Assembly: GCA_963827755.1 (NCBI GenBank)
Contig: CAWHCQ010000008.1
Coordinates: forward strand, 1 to 20,107
Origin: an uncultured Gammaproteobacteria bacterium
GTDB taxonomy: Bacteria; Pseudomonadota; Gammaproteobacteria; UBA9214
DNA: 20,107 nt
Direction of reading: 5' to 3'
The notes below the pieces were generated by a model. That model was not told the DNA's origin. It did not search any database and worked only from the letters and a program-made list of their open reading frames with translations. The position numbers and the translations under genes were made by a program. Position 1 is the first letter of the stretch; every line of letters begins with the position of its first letter. This document shows positions 9,372-18,297 of this stretch, piece after piece.

Positions 9372-10224
9372 CTATGTCTCCGCAACCACCGGATTAGCAA
9401 GCAATCCGACCTTTTCAATATCAATCACGATTTCATCACCCGGCTTCAGGAAGACCTGCGGGTTCCGTTTGAAGCCGACACCGCCGGGCGTTCCCGTCGC
9501 GATCACGTCGCCGGCGGACAGGGGAGTAAACGCAGAAATATATTCGATAATTTCCGGAATACTGAAGATCAGCCGGCGAGTATTCGAGTCCTGCATAATC
9601 TCGCCATTGAGGCGCGTCCGAATGGCAAGATTGTGGACATCATCGATCTCATCGGCGGTCACCAGGCAGGGCCCGAAACCACCGGTTTGCGGAAAATTCT
9701 TGCCCGCTGTGAACTGTGAGGTATGGCTCTGCCAGTCGCGCACGCTTGCATCGTTGTAGCAGCTGTACCCGGCCACGTGATCCATCGCTGCATCTTTTTC
9801 GATCGCGCGCCCTCCCCGGCCGATCACAACAGCGAGTTCGCCTTCGTAGTCCAGCTGATCAGATACCCGCGGCAATATGACAGGCTGCCGGTGCCCGACC
9901 TGCGTATCGGCAAACCGCGTAAATACAACCGGGCGGGTCGTCCTGTCACGCCCTGTTTCCATTCTGTGACTCTCGTAATTCAACCCGATACAGAGAATCT
10001 TGGCCGGATTCATTATCACCGGCAAAAACTCGATGTGGTCGGCCTCGTAATCAGCTGTCACCGACTCCATCAGCGAATACAGCTCAAGTAACGCATCAGC
10101 TGCAAGCACCGCCTTGATGTCCGGGTAGCGGCTGCCAAGGCGTGCCCCGATGTCGACGACGCCGCCGTCCCTTGAGAGCACCGTAAGTTGCCTTAGCGCT
10201 AATGGTAAAACTCAGTAGTTTCAT
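9372..10224 (-). CDS. Fumarylacetoacetate hydrolase (FAH) family protein, frameshift near 10170
   Basis: KILCIGLNY, LDYEGELAVVIG, GYSCYND.S.RDWQ and GDVIATGTPGGVG motifs; the N-terminus MKLLSF...YGALK from ATG 10224 joins DGGVVD if one base of a G-run is removed. Confidence 0.9.
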
Positions 10225-10274
10225 ATGGTTACCACCGATAATTGATTCACATTAAATCAGTAAAAAAGTTAGCC

Positions 10275-10318
10275 TTGACTTAGCTGCTATATAGCTGTTA
10301 ATCTTTTGCTATATAGCA
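10275..10318 (+). promoter_or_regulatory. Putative sigma70 promoter with tandem GCTATATAGC operator-like palindromes
   Basis: TTGACT (10275-80), 18 nt, TAATCT (10299-304) preceded by TG; palindromes at 10286-10295 (in the spacer) and 10308-10317 (near +1), 22 bp apart. Confidence 0.6.
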
Positions 10319-10347
10319 GATATTTCAAAGAATGCGAGGACACTGCA

Positions 10348-10539
10348 ATGCAGATTAGCAACGACAGGAACGAGCAGGTCTTCACTTTCGTCATCAGGGG
10401 TGGCGACATCACACGGGCGACGGCCACAATACATGCAGAGGACATCGATGTCGCCTGGAAACGGGTCTATGCCCTGTTTCCCGGAAGGGACCTGAGTGAC
10501 ATAGAAGTAGAACATGACGAAGGCACGGTCCCGGCATAA
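10348..10539 (+). CDS. Small hypothetical protein (63 aa)
   Basis: ATG with GAGGA SD 7 nt upstream; candidate promoter upstream and strong terminator downstream. Confidence 0.6.
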   Translation: MQISNDRNEQVFTFVIRGGDITRATATIHAEDIDVAWKRVYALFPGRDLSDIEVEHDEGTVPA

Positions 10540-10632
10540 CCCGGATAACCAACGCCCAAAAGACAGCGGCCTGCTTTTCGTTGTGAATATCCACAGCCAG
10601 AAGAAAGCGGTCTAACAGTTGACTCCTCCTCT

Positions 10633-10659
10633 GGGCGGCCTTCAGGCCGCCCTTTTTTT
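10633..10659 (+). terminator. Rho-independent terminator
   Basis: GGGCGGCC-TTCA-GGCCGCCC followed by T7. Confidence 0.9.
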
Positions 10660-10730
10660 ATGGGAACGGCTACGATTGTTGGTTAAAATCATGGATGTAA
10701 AAGCATGAGCAATTTTCACCAGGGAGTGGT

Positions 10731-13005
10731 GTGAAAGTCTGCCCTTTTCAGGTAGCGCATAACGTGAAGAATTTCGTTTTAAAAATGGTATTGCTCTGGG
10801 CCGTCTGCATGGCGGGTGCGGTACAGGCAACGCCACCCATTTATGCCGACGGGGATCTTGCCCCCCTCGGTGCGCCTGATGGCCTGATCAACAGTGCCGA
10901 TTACCTGATCGCCTCCCGGATTGCGCTAAACCTGCTTGCCCCAACCGCGCTGGAACTGTCTCATGGCGACATCTACCCGGCAGGCGCACCGGATGGGGTC
11001 ATCAACCTGCAGGATATGTTGCTGCTGCTAAAGCAGGTACTTGGTCAGGGCACGAATCAGTACGTCGAGAATCTTGACCTGTTTGCTCGACGGACCAGCG
11101 ACGGTCAGCGTCGATGTCGGCGCCACGAGTGCCTCCACCACACTGACCGTGGGAGGCTACACCGGACCGGGTGCCGTGGTGGTCAACGACCCGAACTTCA
11201 CCGATCCCGCAGACCCCGGCAATACCGTCTGGCATTTTTCCGCCAGCGGTGGCGTGGCCAACATTTACCTGGGCACGGCCGACCTGGGCGCAGACCCCGT
11301 GCTCGATTCCGGTTTCGACCTTTCCGGTGCGGGCCTCGGCCAACTGGTGTTCGACATCAAGGTCAACAGCCTCTCGGCCGGGGCCGTCCTGACCGTGAAG
11401 ATCGACAGTGGCTACCCGGACCTGGGGCAGGTGGCGCTGGCAGCCTGGCGATTTCACCGTTGGCAGCTGGCGCAGGGTTGCCGTTGATTTTGCCGACCTG
11501 CTCGCCGACCCGGGTCCGGGCGCCGGTCTCGACCTGGAAAACGTGGTCAATGCCTTCGTCATCGAAGTCACCGGCGGAGACGCCGATTTTTACCTGGATA
11601 ATATTTTTATCTCCCACGCCTGCCCCGATGTCGGTGGCTGTCATGCAACCCTCAAGACCAAGGCCGTCTATCACGCCTGGTCTGGAGCGACGAGTTCGAT
11701 GGCACCGGTCTCAACCTGTCAAACTGGTCTTATGAAACCGGCTACGGTAGCTTTGGCTGGGGCAATGACGAGTGGCAGTTGTATACAAGCTCTGCGAACA
11801 ACACGTCTGTTGCCGGCGGTAACCTGGCGATTTCTGCGCAATGCGCATCGCCCCCGGCGTGCGGCAAACGCAATGGAACAATTACTTCCGCCAGGCTCAA
11901 TACACTCAACAAGTTTGCCTTTAAATACGGCAAAGTCGAGGCGCGCATTAAACCTCCCGTGGGGACAGGCGCCTGGCCGGCATTCTGGATGCTGGGTAAA
12001 AATTTCCCGAGCGTCGGCTGGCCACGGACGGGCGAAATAGATGTCATGGAGATGAACAACCGTTATTCCAATGCAAACACGACACATTTCACCCTGCACT
12101 GGTGCAATGACGCCGTGAGCTCGAATCCCTGCCAGTACGATCCCGGCTGGATATACTTTAGTGAAGAGCTGACCCTGGCTGACTCACTTGCCGATGATTT
12201 TCATGTTTTCTCGGCAGAGTGGGATGCAAGCGGAATCGTGGGAAAGATCGATGACATACCCTATTTTTACAGGGCTATCGACCCGGCCACGATGGAAGAG
12301 TTTCTGGAAGAGTTTTTCATGATCCTCAACGTGGCGATCGGCGGAACGCTGGGCGGCGCGCCGGATACAAGCACGCCGTGGCCCCAGACCATGCTGGTCG
12401 ATTATGTCAGGGTATACCAGGTAGACGGCGGCGCCGGTACCTACACGATTGGCACCGATCCGGTCAGCCCGGAACTGGGTGTTTACTCGGAAAGCCATAC
12501 AGAAGCGTTACTGCCCTACAGCGCCATCATCAACGGTGCGGACTGGGGCGGCAATGTCACCAACACCAACGAAAACAGCACGGCAGTCACGGCCCTGGAC
12601 GGCAGCAAGGTGCTGGCGGCGGATTTCACGAACACGGGAAAGACCTACGGCGGCTTTATATTCAATTTTACCCTCGGCCAGGATATCTCTGCCTACCAGA
12701 CCCTGAAGTTCGGTATCGATACCGATACCTCGGCGATGCCCGGTTTTGCCAACCTGACCGTGCAGATTGAAAATCCGGCTGGGGGACAGCCAGCTCCCAA
12801 GGTATCACTGTCGGCTTACACGCCAACGATGTCCGCTAACTGGGCCGTCTATGAAATACCGCTGGTTGATTTTACGGGACAGGCTGTCGCACTCGATCTG
12901 GCCAACGTGCTCTACCTGGGCTTCTGGAACGCACGATCGGCAAGCAACCAGCTGACGTTTGGCACGCTGTACTTCGATGACATCCATTTTTCCGGTGGCG
13001 AATAA
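10731..13005 (+). CDS. Secreted multidomain GH16 (laminarinase-like) protein: signal peptide, dockerin-like duplicated loop, beta-sandwich, GH16, C-terminal CBM-like domain; frameshifts near 11088, 11440 and 11675
   Basis: Signal ending AVQA; [15 protein letters not shown] and [14 protein letters not shown] repeats; WSDEFDG (read across frames), [23 protein letters not shown] and catalytic GEIDVME; pieces lie in ORFs 10731, 11041, 11408 and 11779. Confidence 0.82.
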
Positions 13006-13190
13006 TATGCATCATGGCCGTTATCCCCGGCCGACGCATCCCGCGGGCAGGCCCTGAGCTGCCGGGATTTCATGGAGAGGATTCTCCGAAAGTACGCAGG
13101 TTTTACTTGCCGTTGTCGTACGGAAAGAACGCTCGCATTTTCAGCAGGGTTACCCCGGCCGCAAGCCTTTACTGCAATGAGGATTTCATA

Positions 13191-15588
13191 ATGTCTGTTG
13201 CTATATCTGAACTGGAAATCACTGAAAAACCGCTGTCTCCGGAAGTGCTCGCGAACATCGATGCCTACTGGCGGGCCTGCAACTACCTGGCGGCGGGCAT
13301 GATCTACCTGCAGGAAAACCCCCTGCTGAGGGAGCCGCTGAAGCCGGAGCATATCAAGAACCGGCTGCTGGGCCACTGGGGCGCGAGCCCGGGCCTGTCC
13401 TTCATGTACACCCACCTGAACCGCCTGATCGTCAAAGAGGATTTGAACGCCATTTTTCTCGCCGGTCCGGGCCACGGTGCGCCCGGGGTACTGGCGCCGG
13501 TGTACCTGGAAGGTACTTATTCAGAGATCTATCCGGACAAGAGCGAAGACGTGGAAGGCATGCAGAAATTCTTCAGGCAGTTCTCGTTTCCCGGCGGCAT
13601 TGGCAGCCACTGCACGCCGGAGACGCCCGGGTCGATCCACGAGGGCGGCGAACTGGGTTACAGCGTATCGCACGCCTTTGGCGCGGCGTTCGACAATCCC
13701 GACCTGCTGGTGGCGGTCGCGGTCGGTGACGGCGAAGCGGAAACCGGCCCGCTGGCCACCTCCTGGCACTCCAGCAAGTTTCTCAACCCGATCCGCGACG
13801 GCGCGGTACTGCCGATCCTGCATTTGAACGGCTACAAGATCAACAACCCCACACTGCTGTCGCGCATTCCGCACCAGGAACTGGAAGACCTGTTCCGCGG
13901 TTATGGCTGGAACCCCTGTCTTTGTCGAAGGGGATGATCCACAGGTCCTGCACCAGACCATGGCCGCGACCCTGGACCGCTGCCTGGCGGAGATTCGTTC
14001 CATCCAGCAACAGGCGCGCGCAAGCGGCACGGCGACACGTGCCCACTGGCCGATGATCGTGCTGCGCACACCCAAGGGCTGGACCGGACCGAAGGAAGTC
14101 GACGGCAAGAAGGTCGAGGGTTTCTGGCGGGCGCACCAGGTGCCGCTGTCGGGCATGCATGACAATCCGGCGCACCTGCAAATGCTGGAAGACTGGTTGA
14201 AGGGTTACAAACCGGAGCAACTGTTCGACGACAGCGGCAAGCTGCGGCCGGAACTGCGGGCGCTGGCGCCCACCGGCGTGCGCCGCATGAGCGCCAACCC
14301 GCACGCCAACGGCGGCCTGTTGCGCAAGGCCCTGCGCATGCCGGACTTTCGCAAGTACGCTATCGAGGTACCCTCCCCGGCCCTCAAGGAGGTGGCGAAT
14401 ACGCCGCCGCTGGGCGAGTTCCTGCGCGACATCATGCGCAGGAACATGACCAACTTCCGCGTCTTCGGTCCGGACGAGAATACCTCCAACAAGTTGCACG
14501 CCATTTACGAGGTGAGCAAGAAACTCTGGCTGGCCGATTACCTGCCGGAAGACGCGGACGGCGGCGAACTCTCGCCCGACGGACGGGTGCTGGAAATGCT
14601 TTCCGAGCATACCCTGGAGGGCTGGCTGGAGGGCTATCTGCTGACCGGGCGGCATGGCTTCTTCGCCACCTACGAGGCCTTCGTGCACGTCATCGATTCC
14701 ATGTATAACCAGCACGCCAAGTGGCTGGCAATCTGCGCAGAGATTCCCTGGCGGGCGCCGGTCTCTTCACTGAATCTGCTGATCACCTCCACCGTATGGC
14801 GCCAGGACCATAATGGTTTTACCCACCAGGATCCCGGCTTCCTCAACGTGGTGGTCAACAAGGACCCACAGGTAACGCGGATCTATTTGCCGCCGGACGT
14901 CAACACGCTGCTGTCCGTGGCCGATCATTGTCTGCGCAGCCGGGATGACGTCAACGTCATCGTTGCCGACAAACAGGCGCATTTGCAATTCCTGGATATG
15001 GACGCTGCGATCAGGCACTGCACCAAGGGTATCGGTACCTGGGACTGGGCCAGCAACGACCAGGGTTTTGAACCGGACGTGGTGATGGCGGGTTGCGGCG
15101 ACATCCCCACCCAGGAGGCGCTGGCGGCCACGGCCCTGTTGCGCGAGCACTTCGAGGATCTGAAAATCCGCTTCATCAACGTCGTCGACCTGTTTCGCAT
15201 GCAGTCGGCCGGTGAACATCCGCACGGTCTGTCCGACCGCGACTTCGACAGCCTGTTTACCCTGGACAAGCCGATCATTTTCAATTTCCACGGCTATCCC
15301 TGGCTGATCCACCGCCTCGCCTACCGCCGCACCAACCACAGGAACCTGCACGTACGCGGCTACAAGGAAAAGGGCAATATCAACACGCCGCTGGAACTGG
15401 CCATCGAAAACGAGATCGACCGTTTCAGTCTCGCCATCGACGTCATCAACCGCGTGCCGCGCCTGCAGGTGGCCGGCGCCCACGTAAAGGAAAAACTGCG
15501 CGACATGCAGATCGACTGCCGCAACTACGCCCACGAGCACGGCATCGACCAACCCGAGGCGCGTGACTGGCGGTGGCCCTACTCATAG
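13191..15588 (+). CDS. xfp: Xylulose-5-phosphate/fructose-6-phosphate phosphoketolase, frameshift near 13911
   Basis: [32 protein letters not shown] and [13 protein letters not shown] motifs; GAGGA SD; removing one base at ~13911 joins ORFs 13014 and 13903. Confidence 0.95.
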
Positions 15589-15670
15589 AGGGTGCCTACG
15601 CGTAAATGGTGTCAGAGCAGATTGGCACTTACTTAAGGGGCTCTTCCCCAAATCGAGTGCTAGATTACCG

Positions 15671-15893
15671 TTGTAGGGCCGAATTCATTCGGCCAACGGC
15701 CTGCGACGCATTTGTAGGGCCGAATTCATTCGGCCAACGGCCTGTGGCGCATTGCGCAGGGGACGTCATTACCTCCACCATCATGTCTATTGCATCAGCA
15801 CGGTTAGGCGCGGTCGTTATCCTTTGTTCACGGATATCACCGCAGCACACCTGCCCGGATGAAACATCGCTGGTCGAATGAATTCGACCCTAC
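15671..15893. repeat. GTAG-type REP cluster (two direct copies plus one inverted; REPIN/BIME-like)
   Basis: GTAGGGCCGAATTCATTCGGCC at 15673 and 15714 within a 41-bp tandem unit (39/41 identical); inverted variant GTAGGGTCGAATTCATTCGACC at 15893-15872 with a compensatory stem change. Confidence 0.85.
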
Positions 15894-15920
15894 AGGAGCA
15901 CGAAAGGGGGTCACACGAAA

Positions 15921-15974
15921 GGAGGTCAGAGCACATTTTCTCCTAATATTAGAGTTAACTGTGCTCTGACACCA
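15921..15974. repeat. 54-bp dyad site, copy 1
   Basis: GGAGGTCAGAGCAC-N10-AATATT-N10-GTGCTCTGACACCA. Confidence 0.85.
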
Positions 15975-15975
15975 T

Positions 15976-17177
15976 TTAATCCCGGATGCAGCTGACGGCC
16001 TGCAGGGCAATTTCAAGTTCCTCGTTTGTCGGGATCACCAGCAGGCTGACCCGGCTCGTTTCAGTGTGGATGTCGAAGGCACCGTTTCCGGCGGCTGGCG
16101 TTCTTCTGTGCATCAAGTGCAATCCCCAGTGCCTCCAGTCCCGTACAGCATTGCTCGCGCACCCGGGCATCGTTCTCGCCGATACCCCCGGTAAATACCA
16201 CGGCATCGAGCCCGCCCAGTGCTGCGTAATAGGCACCGATATACTTTTTTATGCGGTAACAATACATATCCAGCGCCAGCCGGGCCTGCGCATCGCCCGC
16301 GTCGGCCAGGCGGTGTACTTCGCGCATGTCATTGGCGCCACAGATGCCTTTGAGCCCGCTTTCCTTGTTGAGCAGGGATTCGATCCCGGCGTTGTCCAGA
16401 CCGGTTGTACGTGCCAGGTAGAAGTGGATCGCCGGATCCATGTCTCCACAGCGGGTACCCATGATCAGGCCCTCGAGGGGTGTCATGCCCATCGAGGTAT
16501 CCACGCTTTGCGCCCTGCGCAATCGCCGCCGCACTGGCGCCATTGCCCAGGTGCAGGGTTATCAGCCTGAGTGACGTCAGCGGCTTGCCGAGCAGGTCGG
16601 CCGCCTGTTGTGCCACGTACGCGTGCGATGTGCCGTGAAAACCGTAACGGCGTACACGCTGTTCGGTGTAGAGCGCATCGGGCAAGGCATAGCGATAGGC
16701 ATGCGCGGGGATGGATTGATGGAAGGCGGTATCGAATACGGCAACCTGGGGGACCTCCGGCGCTTCTTGCAGCGCGACCTCGATGCCCATGACGTTGGCC
16801 GGATTGTGCAGCGGCGCGAGCGGAATCATGTCCCGTATCTGCTCCACTACCGCTTCGGTAATCAGTGCGGGCTCGCGAAAGGACTCGCCGCCATGCACCA
16901 CACGATGGCCGATGGCAAACAGCTCCGCCAGCCCGGTGACCGCTCCGGACTCGCGTAACAGTATGCCGATACGCGACAGCCCCTCGCGGTGGTCGGCAAT
17001 GCACTGCTCGTAGCGGCGCTCGGTGATGTCAGTGCCCGTGTGCAGCCGGTGCCGGTGCAGGCCTTGCGCTTCGCCGATACGCTCAACAGAACCGGAAGCA
17101 AGCACCGCCCCGCCATCCATGTTGAAAAGCTGGTACTTGATGGAGGAACTTCCGGAGTTAATTACCAGGACCTTCAT
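15976..17177 (-). CDS. ackA: Acetate kinase, frameshifts near 16511 and 16093
   Basis: VINSGSSSIK, GHRVVHGG, APLHNP, DTAFH, RRYGFHGTSH, HLGNG, TSMGMTPLEG, FTGGIGEN and IPTNEE motifs across three frames. Confidence 0.95.
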
Positions 17178-17182
17178 GGAAA

Positions 17183-17234
17183 GGGTGTCAGAGCACGATT
17201 AATTTGAATATCAGCAGTGAATGTGCTGACACCC
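17183..17234. repeat. Dyad site, copy 2 (2-nt deletion in right arm)
   Basis: GGGTGTCAGAGCAC-N10-AATATC-N10-GTGC--TGACACCC. Confidence 0.85.
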
Positions 17235-17240
17235 GTTCTT

Positions 17241-17573
17241 CTACAGCGTTGTTTCAGACAGTATCAGCTCAGCAGTCTGGGAACGGGTGTAAAAACAACC
17301 GTCACGGACAAAGCCCGCTACGACCGATTGGGTGATGGCTGTCGCTTTATTAGCCGCATCGCGCTCGACTACCCAGCATTCAGGGAGCCCATCGATCAGA
17401 TGTACCGGTGCGGGCTGGCCGTTTCGAAAACGTGAGATTTCTACCCGCCCCGTTATTGAATCGCGAAAGGCCGGCATAAAACCATTTCCGCGGTTTCCCG
17501 GGCTTACGCCGGTTGTCCCGTAAAATTCGAGGTTCTCGGTTTTGAGACTTGCTTCCGTCAACAATCGGTTCAT
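17241..17573 (-). CDS. Hypothetical protein (110 aa)
   Basis: Protein-like ORF with a GF.PAF.D..TG...SRF..G.PAP.HL.DGLP..WV...GFVR.G.FYTR pattern, which I recall from uncharacterised proteobacterial proteins; start may be GTG 17585. Confidence 0.72.
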   Translation of the reverse strand: MNRLLTEASLKTENLEFYGTTGVSPGNRGNGFMPAFRDSITGRVEISRFRNGQPAPVHLIDGLPECWVVERDAANKATAITQSVVAGFVRDGCFYTRSQTAELILSETTL

Positions 17574-17670
17574 TGCCCGGTCCACCGGTATTATGTGAAA
17601 GGTGCTTGTATTTACCGCCGGTAACGACTTCGACAGTTGCGGGAATGGACAGGAATATCCACTCCTTAGA

Positions 17671-17703
17671 TTGCTATATAGCAGATATATTAGCCAGATA
17701 GCA
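17671..17703. promoter_or_regulatory. TGCTATATAGCA palindrome plus a degenerate second copy
   Basis: Perfect 12-mer at 17672-17683; AGCCAGATAGCA (9/12) at 17692-17703, 20 bp away; upstream of the 110-aa ORF. Confidence 0.6.
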
Positions 17704-17756
17704 AGTACACTCGCTCAAAAATTGTATCTCATTGAATTATAGAGATATATTACAAA

Positions 17757-17810
17757 GGGTATCAGAGCACCTTTCATCCATATATCGGAAACAGATGTAC
17801 TCTGACACCC
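17757..17810. repeat. 54-bp dyad site, copy 3
   Basis: GGGTATCAGAGCAC-N10-TATATC-N10-GTACTCTGACACCC. Confidence 0.85.
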
Positions 17811-17828
17811 TCTATCAAGGCGCTTGCA

Positions 17829-18110
17829 CTACATACAGGTACGGTAACATTCTTCCAGGCTGGTGGCGCAGTCATCTACACATTGACCGTGCACGCTTGC
17901 CGATCCCGTCAACCCCCTCGTGTCACTGCAACTGCGAGTGCAGCAGGCATGCATGGCCTTGCACCCGCGCGCGCATACCTTCTGCTGTTCGGTTGTAAAT
18001 GACGGCATTGCCGGGATTGGTTTGTAAGGTGCTGGAGAGGCACATCCAGCGAGTGCAATAACAACAATGATCAGCCAGGCCGATAGCGCTTTCCTGTTAA
18101 GGTTTTTCAT
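17829..18110 (-). CDS. Small cysteine-rich lipoprotein (93 aa)
   Basis: Basic N-terminus, hydrophobic stretch and LAGC lipobox; two CX3C-X6-CX3C motifs; AGGGG SD. Confidence 0.75.
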   Translation of the reverse strand: MKNLNRKALSAWLIIVVIALAGCASPAPYKPIPAMPSFTTEQQKVCARGCKAMHACCTRSCSDTRGLTGSASVHGQCVDDCATSLEECYRTCM

Positions 18111-18148
18111 TTTAATCCCCCTGTTGGTGTTTCTGTCATCCTGTAAAA

Positions 18149-18188
18149 GGATGTCAGAGCACATTGTAGCCTTATATGAGAAACAATT
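18149..18188. repeat. Dyad site, copy 4 (left arm and core; right arm not recognisable)
   Basis: GGATGTCAGAGCAC-N10-TATATG at the same spacing; a lone partial right arm TCTGACAC lies at 18280-18287. Confidence 0.65.
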
Positions 18189-18297
18189 GCAGGTCCTGCT
18201 CATCAGTCTTATGGAACTGCAATATATCCATGTGATGTCACCGGGTCTGTAGGAAATGACTGAATCTATATAAGGAAAGTCTGACACGTTAATGGCA

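Larger units (their letters stand above)
15603..15978. mobile_element. Non-autonomous composite element with perfect 17-bp terminal inverted repeats, enclosing REPs
   Basis: TAAATGGTGTCAGAGCA (15603-19) and TGCTCTGACACCATTTA (15962-78); TA at both ends; no transposase inside. Confidence 0.55.

Noticed and set aside
10284-10318. LexA SOS box or NrdR box reading of the palindrome
   Set aside because: The spacing does not fit CTGT-N8-ACAG, the flanks differ from the NrdR consensus, and there are no repair or nrd genes nearby.
10581-10595. CRP-like site TGTGAATATCCACA
   Set aside because: Half-site spacing is 4 rather than 6 nt, and there is only one imperfect copy.
15671-15752. Possible CRISPR mini-array
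   Set aside because: Only two units, the intervening sequences are near-identical rather than unique spacers, the structure is GTAG plus hairpin (REP), and no cas genes are present.
15606-15881. ORFs 15606..15881 and 15665..15850
   Set aside because: They lie wholly within the repeat element, and their peptide repeats simply mirror the REPs.
15921-18188. Classical integron attC array
   Set aside because: No RYYYAAC/GTTRRRY ends, the spacer interiors pair poorly, and there is no intI in the window.
18233-18289. A fifth complete dyad site
   Set aside because: The arms are very degenerate, the spacing is 29 rather than 26 nt and there is no centred ATAT; only the partial right arm is noted.
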